The notes below the pieces were generated by a model that searched no databases, was not told the origin of the DNA, and worked only from the letters and a program-made list of their open reading frames with translations. From Ramlibacter sp. (GTDB lineage: Bacteria > Pseudomonadota > Gammaproteobacteria > Burkholderiales > Burkholderiaceae_C): DNA of 36,632 nt. The stretch covers positions 1 to 36,632 of the forward strand of contig DATBPW010000139.1 of NCBI GenBank assembly GCA_036561125.1, read 5' to 3'. Shown in pieces: positions 28,051-36,632 of this stretch. The number at the start of each line of letters is the position of its first letter. Position 1 is the stretch's first letter. The translations under genes and the position numbers were made by a program.

Positions 28051-28151
28051 CTGTCACACGATCGGTGCTCGCAAGGGCGCTGCAGGTTTTCCCGCAAGTA
28101 GAGTGAAAGAGTGGGCCGGGCTTCCCGCAAGGGCGTCCGGCTCTTTTTTTT
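28051..28151 (+). ncRNA. Putative structured small RNA with GCAA tetraloops and intrinsic terminator (family not recognised)
   Basis: Hairpin CGGTGCTC-GCAA-GGGCGCTG with three G-U pairs, an unpaired linker, then a GCAA-capped terminator hairpin + T8. 5' end is approximate. Confidence 0.55.
28113..28151 (+). terminator. Strong intrinsic terminator
   Basis: GGGCCGGGC-tt-CCC-GCAA-GGG-c-GTCCGGCTC followed by TTTTTTTT. Confidence 0.85.
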
Positions 28152-28172
28152 GCGTGCCGTAAGCTCGGCTCC

Positions 28173-28745
28173 ATGACCCGACATGCCGCACCCCCGCGCG
28201 AGGTCCGCATCATCGGCGGGCAGTGGAAGCGCACGAAGCTGCCGGTACGCGACAAGCCCGGCCTGCGGCCCACACCCGACCGCGTTCGAGAAACGCTGTT
28301 CAACTGGCTCGGCCAGGACCTGGATGGCTGGCGCTGCATCGACGCTTTCGCGGGCACCGGCGCGCTGGGTTTCGAAGCCGCGTCGCGCGGGGCGGCGCAG
28401 GTGCTGCTGGTCGAGCAGGACCCGGAACTCGTCGAGCTCATGCGCGCAACGAAGCAGAAGCTGCAGGCCGGCGCCATCGAAGTGCGGCGCGCCAACGGCC
28501 TGTCCGTGCTGGCCGAGGCGGCGCCGGGATCGATCGACGCGATCTTCCTCGACCCGCCGTTCGACGCGAACGCCTGGGACAAGGCGCTGCACGCGGCCAG
28601 CGCCGCGCTTGCGCCCGGCGGCTTCATCTATCTCGAGGCGCCGGCGCAGTGGACCGCCGCGCAGCTCGCGCCCTTCGGCCTCGTGGCCGACCGGCACCTC
28701 AAGGCCGGGGCGGTCCACGCGCACCTGCTGCGGCGGGCTGCATAA
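28173..28745 (+). CDS. rsmD: 16S rRNA m2G966 methyltransferase RsmD
   Basis: VRIIGGQWK, LRPTPDRVRETLFNWL, DAFAGTGALGFEAASRGA, FLDPPF. Confidence 0.96.
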   Translation: MTRHAAPPREVRIIGGQWKRTKLPVRDKPGLRPTPDRVRETLFNWLGQDLDGWRCIDAFAGTGALGFEAASRGAAQVLLVEQDPELVELMRATKQKLQAGAIEVRRANGLSVLAEAAPGSIDAIFLDPPFDANAWDKALHAASAALAPGGFIYLEAPAQWTAAQLAPFGLVADRHLKAGAVHAHLLRRAA

Positions 28746-28770
28746 TCCCGCGCATGTGCTGGAGCCGCCG

Positions 28771-29280
28771 ATGAGCCACAAGCCCGTGATTGCCGTGTAC
28801 CCCGGCACTTTCGACCCCATGACGCTGGGGCACGAGGACGTGATCCGGCGTGCGACGAGCCTGTTCGACAAGGTGGTGGTCGCGGTCGCCGCGGGCCATC
28901 ACAAGAAGGCCATGTTCACGCTGGCCGAGCGCATCGAGATGGCGCGCGAGGCGGTGGTGCACCTGCCGAGCGTCGAGGTCGAGAGCTTCTCCGGGCTGGT
29001 GCGTGACTTCGTCCTGTCCAAGGGCGCGAAGGCGATGGTGCGAGGCCTGCGCGCCGTGACCGACTTCGATTATGAGTTCCAGCTCGCGGGCATGAACCGC
29101 AGCCTGATGCCCAACGTCGAGACGGTGTTCCTCACGCCCAGTGACAAGTACCAGTTCATCAGCAGCACGTTCGTGCGCGAGATCGCCGTGCTCGGCGGCG
29201 AGGTGGACAAGTTCGTGTCGCCTTCGGTGCAGCAGCGCCTGATGGAAAAAGTGCGCAGCCTCGGCGGGCCGCAGTCCTAG
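28771..29280 (+). CDS. coaD: Phosphopantetheine adenylyltransferase
   Basis: AVYPGTFDPMTLGH, VRGLRAVTDFDYEFQLA, ISSTFVREIA. Confidence 0.97.
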   Translation: MSHKPVIAVYPGTFDPMTLGHEDVIRRATSLFDKVVVAVAAGHHKKAMFTLAERIEMAREAVVHLPSVEVESFSGLVRDFVLSKGAKAMVRGLRAVTDFDYEFQLAGMNRSLMPNVETVFLTPSDKYQFISSTFVREIAVLGGEVDKFVSPSVQQRLMEKVRSLGGPQS

Positions 29281-30488
29281 CCGGCCGCGCGCGCCAGCGC
29301 ATCGCGATGGATGCGCACGAAGAGGTCGCGCTGCGCATGGCTGCCGCCGATCTCGCCAAGCCGCGGCAGCGCTCGATCCAGTTCCGCGGCCGCAGTCGGA
29401 TAGTCGCCTCGCGCGTGCGCGAGCAACCCGCGCGCGGCGGGCGAGGCGACGTCCTGCCAAACGCCTTTCGAATGCGGCGGTGCGTCTGCGGCGTGCGCTT
29501 CGATGTTGCGCATCAGTGAATCCGCTTCGGGTCGTCCCGCGCGTGCGAGGCCGTACAGGTACTGCACGTCGAGGAACGGGAGCACGTGGTCCGACGTGCG
29601 CGGGGCGAGGAAGTCCGCCAGGTCCTGCCAGCGGTTGCCGACGTCGAGCCCCGCCAGTTCCAGCCGCGCCAGCAGCGACACGGCGTTGACCTGGTCCTGC
29701 GAGTAGTCCTTCGCGACGCCCCACACCTGCGTGTCGTACAGGTGCAGTGCTTCGCCGGTCTCGCCCAGCTCGATCAAAAACAGCGCCTGGTGCCACCAGT
29801 TGTGCGTGACCATGAACGAGTTCAATCCCGTCCACGTGTCGCTGACCGACCGCATGAACTCGCTGCCTTCGCGATGCCGGCGCTGCGTGAGCATCACGTG
29901 CGCCAGCGCGTGGTGCGCCCACGGTTCCTTGCGCTGCATGTCGATGGCCCGCCGCGCGGCCGCTTCCGCTTCCTGCAGCCGATGGCACTGCTCGAAGCCG
30001 AACGCGAGCATGCCGTGGAAATACGGAATGTCGCGCGCGGCGTCCCAAGCGTGCATCGCGATGCGCAGCATGCTGTGCGCATCGCCCATGTTGAACAGGT
30101 GGTACTGCCCGAGCTTGAGCGACGCCAGGTCGCGCGGGAACTGCTTCGCCTGCTCTTCGTGCAACTGCGCCGCCAGCGGGATGTCGCCATCGGCCCAAGC
30201 CGCGACGGCCGCGATGAAGCGCTGCTCGCGCGGCGTCGCGCGAGCAGCGCCTTCCTGCGCCTTTTCGATGAAGGGCTTTGCGTTGGCGGGCGCATCGCGC
30301 GACTCCGCGAACATGTGCACCGCGCCCGCATAGGCCTGCACGATCGGGCTGTCGTCGCCGCTCGCGGCGGCGATCGCATTGACGGCGCGCGCTTCGCTCG
30401 AGATGAAGCCGCCGACGAAGTCGTCGACGCTCGCCAGTCCCCGCTCGCTCGTGAGCGTGACCGGGTTGCCGAGCGAATCAGTCCACAT
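29277..30488 (-). CDS. TTC38-like tetratricopeptide-repeat protein
   Basis: GMLAFGFEQ, EPWAHHALAHV, HNWWHQALF, IGGSHAQRDLF, resembling the eukaryotic TTC38 family. ATG 30488 has a GGAG SD and overlaps the amidase end. Confidence 0.8.
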   Translation of the reverse strand: MWTDSLGNPVTLTSERGLASVDDFVGGFISSEARAVNAIAAASGDDSPIVQAYAGAVHMFAESRDAPANAKPFIEKAQEGAARATPREQRFIAAVAAWADGDIPLAAQLHEEQAKQFPRDLASLKLGQYHLFNMGDAHSMLRIAMHAWDAARDIPYFHGMLAFGFEQCHRLQEAEAAARRAIDMQRKEPWAHHALAHVMLTQRRHREGSEFMRSVSDTWTGLNSFMVTHNWWHQALFLIELGETGEALHLYDTQVWGVAKDYSQDQVNAVSLLARLELAGLDVGNRWQDLADFLAPRTSDHVLPFLDVQYLYGLARAGRPEADSLMRNIEAHAADAPPHSKGVWQDVASPAARGLLAHARGDYPTAAAELDRALPRLGEIGGSHAQRDLFVRIHRDALARAAG

Positions 30489-31914
30489 GCTCCGCCGCGG
30501 GCGAGGGCGGTTGCGGCCATGGCCGCTGTTCGCCGCGGATGATTTCGAAGGCGCGCGCGACCTGAAGCACACCGAGGTCGTCGAAGCGACGGCCCGCGAT
30601 CTGCAGGCCGATCGGCAAACCGCTCGCCGTGTAGCCGCAATTGATCGACGCCGCCGGCTGCTCCGACATGTTGTACGGCACCGTGAAACCGATGTGCTCG
30701 AGATTGCGCAGCGGGTCGTTCGTCGGCGACGCGTGCTCCGCCGGATAAGCGGGCATCGGCGCCGTCGGCGAGATCACGTAGTCGAACGCGTTGCACGCCG
30801 CGTTGGCCTGCACGCGCGTGTTGTGGAACTGGCTGTAGGCGCGAAAGACCGCCTCGCCCGACATGCCCGCCGCGCTGTCGGCCCATTGGCGGATGTAGGG
30901 CAGCACGCGTTCGCGGCGCTGCTGCGGCAATGCGCTCAGGTCGATGTGCGACCGCATGCGCCAGAACCAGTCCATCCCTTCGAGCATCGACTGCGTCATG
31001 AACGGCTGCATCGGCACGACGGTGGCGCCCGCGCGCTCGATCAGCCGAGCAGCGTTCTCCACCGCCTTGCGCACCTCGGGCTCGACGGCCAGGCCGCAGC
31101 CGGCTTCGAGCAGCAGGCCGATGCGCAAGCCCTTCAGCTTTTCGGCGCCCTGCTCGAACGAGGCCCACGCGATGTCCTGGTAGGGCAGGTTCATGCTGTC
31201 GCGAACGTCGGGCTTCGTGAGCACCTGCATGAACCACGCGGCGCTTGCGACGTCTCGCGTCATGGGCCCGGCGGCGCGGCCCATGTACGGTGGGTCGATC
31301 GGAATGCGGCCCAGGCTCGGCTTGAGCGTGAAGGTGCCGGTCCAGCCCGCCGGCAATCGCACCGATCCGCCGATGTCGGTGCCGATGTGCAGCGGCCCGT
31401 AGCCCGCCGCTGCGGCTGCGGATGCACCCGCGCTCGAGCCGCCCGAGGTGAGCGCGAGGTTCCATGGATTGCGCGTGAGGGGATGAAAGCTCGACACGCC
31501 CGACGACAACATGCCGTAGTCGGGCATGGTCGTCTTCGCGACCATCACGCCGCCCGATTCGCGTATGCGTGCGGCGGGCGGCGCATCGGCGGGCGCGGGC
31601 ACCAGCTCGGTCGCGCCCGTGCCCAGCGGCACCGGGTCGCCCTGCGTCGCGATGTTCTCCTTGATCGTGAGCGGCACGCCGTCGATCGGGCCGAGCGGCG
31701 CGCCTTTCATCCAGCGCGCTTCGCTCGCTCGCGCCTGCTCGAGCGCCAGCTCGGGGCGCAGCAGGTAGAGCGCGTGGATGTGCTGTTCCCAGCGCTCGAC
31801 ATGGCCGAGCACCGATTGCACGACTTCCACCGGCGAGAGTTCGCGTTTGCGGTAGAGGTCGACGAGCGCGGGTGCGCTCAGCTCGTGCAGCGCACGAGGG
31901 GACTGCCTGGACAT
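30478..31914 (-). CDS. Amidase-signature family amidase
   Basis: GPIDGVPLTIKEN (catalytic Lys), GGSSAGA, GTDIGGSVRLPA (Ser-cisSer-Lys triad). Confidence 0.93.
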   Translation of the reverse strand: MSRQSPRALHELSAPALVDLYRKRELSPVEVVQSVLGHVERWEQHIHALYLLRPELALEQARASEARWMKGAPLGPIDGVPLTIKENIATQGDPVPLGTGATELVPAPADAPPAARIRESGGVMVAKTTMPDYGMLSSGVSSFHPLTRNPWNLALTSGGSSAGASAAAAAGYGPLHIGTDIGGSVRLPAGWTGTFTLKPSLGRIPIDPPYMGRAAGPMTRDVASAAWFMQVLTKPDVRDSMNLPYQDIAWASFEQGAEKLKGLRIGLLLEAGCGLAVEPEVRKAVENAARLIERAGATVVPMQPFMTQSMLEGMDWFWRMRSHIDLSALPQQRRERVLPYIRQWADSAAGMSGEAVFRAYSQFHNTRVQANAACNAFDYVISPTAPMPAYPAEHASPTNDPLRNLEHIGFTVPYNMSEQPAASINCGYTASGLPIGLQIAGRRFDDLGVLQVARAFEIIRGEQRPWPQPPSPAAEHVD

Positions 31915-31930
31915 GAGCCGATTGTGCGCT

Positions 31931-33418
31931 TCAGCCGATCGAGATCGACGACAGGTCGTTGGCCGAGATCGGCATGTCCTTCCACAGCCCCTTGATGTCC
32001 TTGCGCGCGATCGTCGGGAACGTCGGCTGGTACATGAAGCCGTTGGCCGCATCCTGCGCGAGGATGCGCTGCGCTTCGCCGAGCAGCTGTGCGCGCTCCT
32101 TGGCGTTGCCGGTGGTCTTGAGCTTGTCGTAGACCTGGTTGAACTTCGGGTCGCTGTAGCCCCAGTAGTAATCGGGCTTGGTGTAGTTGTTCAGGTCGAA
32201 CGGCTCGACGTGCGACACGATCGTCAGGTCGTAGTTGTGCGCGCCGCCGTACGTGTTGGCCAGCCACTGCGCCCATTCGACGTTCTGCACCTTCACGGTG
32301 ATGCCGACCTTCGCGAGCGAGGCCACGACGAACTCGCCGCCCTGGCGCGCGTAGGCGGGCGGCGGCAGCGTCATCGTCAGTTCGAGCGGCGTCTTCACGC
32401 CCGCTTCGGCGAGCAGCTTCTTCGCCTTCTCGGGATCGTAGGGATTGATCTTCGTCGTGTCGACGTAACCTTCCGCGCCCGGCACGTAGTGGCTGCCGAT
32501 CGGCACGCCGAAGCCGTCGGCGGCCGCTTCGATGAAGCCCTTGCGGTCGATCGCGGCGAGGATCGCGCGGCGCACGCGCACGTCGTCCAGCGGCTTGTGC
32601 TTGTTGTTGATCGAGATGATCGTCTTCGCGCGCGAGCCGCCCAACAGCACCTGGAACTGCGGGTTCGACTTGAACTGCGCGACGATGCGCGTCTGGCAGC
32701 GCGGGAACGCGTCGACGTCGCCCGACAGCAGCGCCGCGGCGGCAGCGGACGGATCGGAGATGAAGCGGAACGTCACGCGGCGCAACTTCGGCTGCTGCGC
32801 GCCGTGGTAGCCGTCCCACTTCGACAGCACGCACGACGAGCCCTTGACCCAGTTGTCGAGCTTGTAGGGGCCGGTCCCGGTCGGCTTGGTCGCGTTGGTA
32901 TCGGCGCTCTTGGGCTCCACGATGATCGCCGTGGGTTGGCCCAGCAGGAACGGCAGGTCGGGGTCGATCTCCTTGTTCAGGAGCACCACCGTGTAGTCAT
33001 CGACCACCTGCGTCGTGAGGTTGGCGAACGTGCGCTTGTCCTTGTTGGTGCTCTTCTCGCCGCCCGCGCGGTCGAACGAGAACTTGACCGCGTGCGCGTT
33101 GAACGGCTCGCCGTTCTGGAACTTCACGCCCTTGCGCAGCCGGAAAGTGTAGGTCTTGAGGTCGGGCGAGATTTCCCAGCCTTCGGCGAGCAGCGGCGTC
33201 ACCTTGCCGTCGCCGTTGATCTTGGTGAGCGTCTCGTAGACGTTGTACAGCGTGACTTCGCCGATCGCCGCCGCCGCGCCGGCCGTGGGGTCGAGCCCCG
33301 GCGGCTCCAGCTGCATCGCGATGACGATCGAATCCTTGCCTTTCTGCGCGAACGCGGGCAGGGCGAGCGGCAGCGTCGAAGCGGCCGCGGTGGCCAGGAG
33401 GGTTCTGCGTTTGATCAT
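31931..33418 (-). CDS. ABC transporter substrate-binding protein, family 5 (DppA/OppA-like)
   Basis: RR signal peptide, LDP, YETL, PLLAEGW, LRKGVKFQNG, GTGPYKL, DVRVRRAI. Confidence 0.93.
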   Translation of the reverse strand: MIKRRTLLATAAASTLPLALPAFAQKGKDSIVIAMQLEPPGLDPTAGAAAAIGEVTLYNVYETLTKINGDGKVTPLLAEGWEISPDLKTYTFRLRKGVKFQNGEPFNAHAVKFSFDRAGGEKSTNKDKRTFANLTTQVVDDYTVVLLNKEIDPDLPFLLGQPTAIIVEPKSADTNATKPTGTGPYKLDNWVKGSSCVLSKWDGYHGAQQPKLRRVTFRFISDPSAAAAALLSGDVDAFPRCQTRIVAQFKSNPQFQVLLGGSRAKTIISINNKHKPLDDVRVRRAILAAIDRKGFIEAAADGFGVPIGSHYVPGAEGYVDTTKINPYDPEKAKKLLAEAGVKTPLELTMTLPPPAYARQGGEFVVASLAKVGITVKVQNVEWAQWLANTYGGAHNYDLTIVSHVEPFDLNNYTKPDYYWGYSDPKFNQVYDKLKTTGNAKERAQLLGEAQRILAQDAANGFMYQPTFPTIARKDIKGLWKDMPISANDLSSISIG

Positions 33419-33493
33419 CTTTTTCTCCAACGAGGGTGTATCGAGCGGCACCATCATCCCCGAGCGGGCGCAGGCAACGCAAGAGGGGTTTGC

Positions 33494-34288
33494 TTAGCTC
33501 GGCTCGGTTGGGGGAACCGCTTCGAGCAGCGCCCGCGTGTACGGGTGCTGCGCGTCGCGGAACAGGCGCTCGGGCGGGCCCTGTTCGACGATCACGCCCT
33601 CGCGCAGGACGCAAACGTCGTCGCACAGGTGCTGCACCACGGCCAGGTCGTGGCTGATCAGCAGGTACGTCACCCCGAACCGTGCCTGCAGGTCCTGCAT
33701 CAGATTGAGAACTTGCGCTTGAACGGACACGTCCAGCGCGCTCACGGGCTCGTCGGCGACGATCAGGCGCGGGCGAGTGACCAGCGCGCGCGCGATCGCG
33801 ATGCGCTGGCGCTGCCCGCCGGAAAACTCGTGCGGGTATTTCGACGCGTCGTTGGCGCGCAGTCCGACGGATTCCAGCGCTTCGATCGCCTGCTCGCGCT
33901 GTTCCTGGCGTGATGCGCCTTGCGCCGCAAGCGGTTCGCCGACGATGCGCGCGACCGGCTGGCGCGGATCGAGCGAACCGTACGGGTCCTGGAACACCAT
34001 CTGGAAATCGCGGCGCGCCCTGCGCATCTCCTCGCGCGGCAAGGCGTGCAGGTCGCGGCCGAGCATCTTCACCGAACCGGAGGTCGGCTTGTCGAGTGCC
34101 ATGACGAGGCGCGCGAGCGTCGACTTGCCCGAACCCGATTCGCCCACGATGCCCATGCTGCGGCCCGCCTCGATCGAGAAGCTCACGCCGCGCAGCGCGT
34201 GCACCTTGTGCGGGGGCGCAGTCAGCTTCTCGCGCGGCAACGTGTACTCGCGCACGAGATTCTCGACTTGCAGCAGCGGCGCGCTCAT
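33494..34288 (-). CDS. ABC transporter ATP-binding protein (OppF/DppF-like)
   Basis: GESGSGKST, FSGGQRQR, VADEPVSALD, HPYTRALL. Confidence 0.93.
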   Translation of the reverse strand: MSAPLLQVENLVREYTLPREKLTAPPHKVHALRGVSFSIEAGRSMGIVGESGSGKSTLARLVMALDKPTSGSVKMLGRDLHALPREEMRRARRDFQMVFQDPYGSLDPRQPVARIVGEPLAAQGASRQEQREQAIEALESVGLRANDASKYPHEFSGGQRQRIAIARALVTRPRLIVADEPVSALDVSVQAQVLNLMQDLQARFGVTYLLISHDLAVVQHLCDDVCVLREGVIVEQGPPERLFRDAQHPYTRALLEAVPPTEPS

Positions 34289-35274
34289 GCCGCCTTCCTC
34301 CTGGCCTGCGCCACCGCATCCAGCCGGATGCATCGCGCGTGATGTCCCGCTTCGACTTCGTACGGCGGCGGCACGGTCAGGTAGCACCCGGGAATCGTGA
34401 ACGAGCACCGCCCCGCGAAGGGGCAGCCGGGCGGCAGGTCCACCAGGTCGGGCACGGTGCCCGGGATCGTCACGAGCTTCTGCCCCTTCGGCGCACGCAA
34501 GCCCGGCCGCGCGCCGAACAGGCCGAGCGTGTACGGATGCATGCGATTTGCGAACACCGAGCGCGTCGGCCCGTCCTCCACCACGCTGCCGCCGTACATC
34601 ACGAGCATGCGCTGTACGTTCTGCGCGATCACGCCGAGGTCGTGCGAGATCAGCATCAGCGCCATGTGGCGCTCCTCCACGATGCCGGCGATCAACTCGA
34701 GGATCTGCTTCTGGATCGTCACGTCCAGCGCCGTCGTCGGCTCGTCGGCGATCAGCAGTTGCGGCTCGCACGCGAGCGCCATCGCGATGGTGATGCGCTG
34801 GCGCTGGCCGCCCGAGAACTGGTGCGGGTAGGCGTCGAAACGCTGCGCGGCATCCGGGATGCCCACGCGATCGAGCAGCGCGATGGCGCGCTTCTTCGCG
34901 TCGGTCGCGTTCATGCCGCGGTGCAGGCGCAGCGGCTCCGCGACCTGCTTGCCGATCGTGTGCAGCGGGTTGAGCGCGGTCATCGGCTCCTGGAAGATCA
35001 TGCCGATGCGGTCGCCGCGGATGGCGCCCATCTGGCGGTCGCTCTTGGTCGTGAGCTCCTCGCCGCCGAAGCGGATGCTGCCCTCGACCTTCGCGCCTTC
35101 GGGCAGCAGGCCCATGACGGCCATCACGGTGATCGACTTGCCGCAGCCCGACTCGCCGACGATGCCCAGCGCCTGCGCCTTGTCGACGGCAAAGCTCACG
35201 TCGCGGATCGCGTACGCGGGGCCGCGCTGCGTTTGCAGCTTGACCGAGAGGCTTTCGACTTCGAGCAGGGCCAT
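34285..35274 (-). CDS. ABC transporter ATP-binding protein (OppD/DppD-like)
   Basis: GESGCGKS, FQEPMTALNP, FSGGQRQR, ADEPTTALD, C-terminal Cys-containing domain (GCPFAGRC...C...C). Confidence 0.93.
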   Translation of the reverse strand: MALLEVESLSVKLQTQRGPAYAIRDVSFAVDKAQALGIVGESGCGKSITVMAVMGLLPEGAKVEGSIRFGGEELTTKSDRQMGAIRGDRIGMIFQEPMTALNPLHTIGKQVAEPLRLHRGMNATDAKKRAIALLDRVGIPDAAQRFDAYPHQFSGGQRQRITIAMALACEPQLLIADEPTTALDVTIQKQILELIAGIVEERHMALMLISHDLGVIAQNVQRMLVMYGGSVVEDGPTRSVFANRMHPYTLGLFGARPGLRAPKGQKLVTIPGTVPDLVDLPPGCPFAGRCSFTIPGCYLTVPPPYEVEAGHHARCIRLDAVAQARRKAA

Positions 35275-36149
35275 CAGCGTTTCCTCGCCAGCCGCGGATC
35301 GAAGATGTCGCGCAAGCCGTCGCCCAGGAGGTTGAGGCCCAGCACGGCGAGCGCGATGGCGAGGCCGGGATACACGGCGAGCATCGGCGACTGGAACATC
35401 AGCGTCTGTGCTTCCGAGAGCATGCGGCCCCACGACGGCTGCGGCGGCTGGGTGCCCAGGCCGAGATACGACAGCGCCGCCTCGGCGAGGATCGCGATGG
35501 CGAAGCGGATCGTCGCCTGCACGATCAGCACCGACGCGATGTTCGGCAGCACGTGTTCCATGGTGATCGCGAAAGATCCCTTGCCGCACGCGCGCGCGGC
35601 CAGGACGAATTCGCGTGACCACACGGCGTTCGCCGACGCGCGCGTGATGCGCGCGAAGGTCGGGATGTTGTAGATGCCGATCGCGGCGATCGCGTTGACC
35701 ATGCCCGCGCCGAACGCGGCGGTCAGCATGATCGCCGACAGGATCGCCGGGAACGCGAAGCCGAAATCGGCGATGCGCATGATCGCTTCTTCCCACCAGC
35801 CGCGTTTCGCGGATGCGAGCAGGCCGAGGGCCGTGCCGATCACGAGGCCGATTGCGACCGCGATGACGCCGACTGCGATCGAGGCACGCGCGCCCACGAG
35901 GAGCAGCGAGGCGACGTCGCGCCCGTACGCGTCCGTGCCGAACCAGTGCGCGCCGCTCGCGGGCTGCAGCCGGGACGGCATGTCCACGTCGTACACGGAG
36001 TAGGGCGTCCAGAAGTAAGACACGACAGCCGCGACCACGAGCAATGCCGAGAGCAGCGCGCCGATCGTGAAGCTGCGATTGCCGAGCGCACGCCGCCAGA
36101 AACCGGGGCCGTGCACCAACGGGGGAACTGCAACGGGGAGCGCACTCAT
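35274..36149 (-). CDS. ABC transporter permease (OppC/DppC-like)
   Basis: HWFGTDAYGRD, EFVLAARACG (EAA loop), HVLPN, EAALSYLGLG, NLLGDGLRD. Confidence 0.93.
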   Translation of the reverse strand: MSALPVAVPPLVHGPGFWRRALGNRSFTIGALLSALLVVAAVVSYFWTPYSVYDVDMPSRLQPASGAHWFGTDAYGRDVASLLLVGARASIAVGVIAVAIGLVIGTALGLLASAKRGWWEEAIMRIADFGFAFPAILSAIMLTAAFGAGMVNAIAAIGIYNIPTFARITRASANAVWSREFVLAARACGKGSFAITMEHVLPNIASVLIVQATIRFAIAILAEAALSYLGLGTQPPQPSWGRMLSEAQTLMFQSPMLAVYPGLAIALAVLGLNLLGDGLRDIFDPRLARKR

Positions 36150-36155
36150 GGCCGG

Positions 36156-36632
36156 CTAGATGTCGCTCGCCTTCACGCGCGGGTCGATGACCGCATACAG
36201 CACGTCGACGATGAAGTTCACGATGACCACCATCGCCGCGAGCAGCATGACGCAATTGCGCACGACGATGAGGTCGCGGTTGGAGATCGACTGGAAGATC
36301 AGCCGGCCGAGGCCCGGCAGGTAGAACACGCTTTCGACGACGATCGTGCCCGCGAGCAGCTCGGCGAACTGCAGTCCCATGATCGTGATGACCGGGATCA
36401 TCGCGTTGCGCAGCACGTGGCCCCACAAGGTGCGCGTGCGCGACGCGCCTTTCGCGCGCGCGGTGCGCACGAAGTCCTCGCGCGAAACCTCGAGCACGGC
36501 GGAGCGCGTGATGCGCGCCAGGATCGCCGACTGCACGACGGCGAGCGCGAGCGCCGGCAGCATCAGCGCCTTGATGCCGGCGAGGACGCCGTCGTCCCAG
36601 CCGGGGAAGCCGCCGGCCGAAAACCAGTGCAG
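36156..36632 (-). CDS. ABC transporter permease (OppB/DppB-like), 5' end outside window
   Basis: DFVRTARAKG, HVLRNAMIP, VESVFYLPGLG, DVLYAVIDPR; frame stays open to the window edge. Confidence 0.92.
   Translation of the reverse strand: MHWFSAGGFPGWDDGVLAGIKALMLPALALAVVQSAILARITRSAVLEVSREDFVRTARAKGASRTRTLWGHVLRNAMIPVITIMGLQFAELLAGTIVVESVFYLPGLGRLIFQSISNRDLIVVRNCVMLLAAMVVIVNFIVDVLYAVIDPRVKASDI

Noticed and set aside
28051-28120. c-di-GMP-I riboswitch (TGTCAC... and GAAAGAGTGGG resemble parts of known examples)
   Set aside because: The GGCAAAC...GGGACGCAAAGC core is absent and the sequence before GAAA cannot form the P2 stem.
27962-28627. 221-aa minus-strand ORF crossing the intergenic region
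   Set aside because: Mostly antisense to rsmD, no recognisable motifs; the region's features are better explained as RNA structure on the + strand.
33419-33493. Possible internal promoter (TTGCGT-N17-GATGAT, minus strand) before the ABC binding-protein gene
   Set aside because: Plausible, but the match is too weak to call without TSS data.

Overview
High-GC (~70%) chromosomal segment of a betaproteobacterium. Gene content and order suggest Comamonadaceae (Ramlibacter/Variovorax-like); this is inference. Left to right: kefC(partial)-kefF, an orphan ParA, a MaoC dehydratase, trmL, a comF / BioC(NDUFAF5)-like pair, and a complete aa3-type cytochrome c oxidase and assembly cluster (DUF2244, coxB, coxA, small protein, ctaG, DUF2970, coxC, twin-TM protein, SURF1, SCO-like, ctaA, cyoE, sco). 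Then an AlkC-like repair gene, a Bug/TctC binding protein, a 7TMR-DISM sensor with a degenerate GGDEF domain, and rpoH preceded by a perfect CIRCE that contains a sigmaE promoter. Then a Mpo1/DUF962 gene, cutA, a three-gene selenium-metabolite (selenosugar/selenoneine, senABC-type) cluster, ftsY, an M16 peptidase pair, a probable structured sRNA, rsmD-coaD, and an Opp/Dpp ABC transporter-amidase-TTC38-like operon. The most notable system is the senABC-type cluster, a pathway that is recently described rather than new. The best candidates for undescribed biology are the intergenic RNA at ~28050-28151 and the ABC-amidase-TTC38-like operon. No tRNA, rRNA, CRISPR or mobile element was seen.
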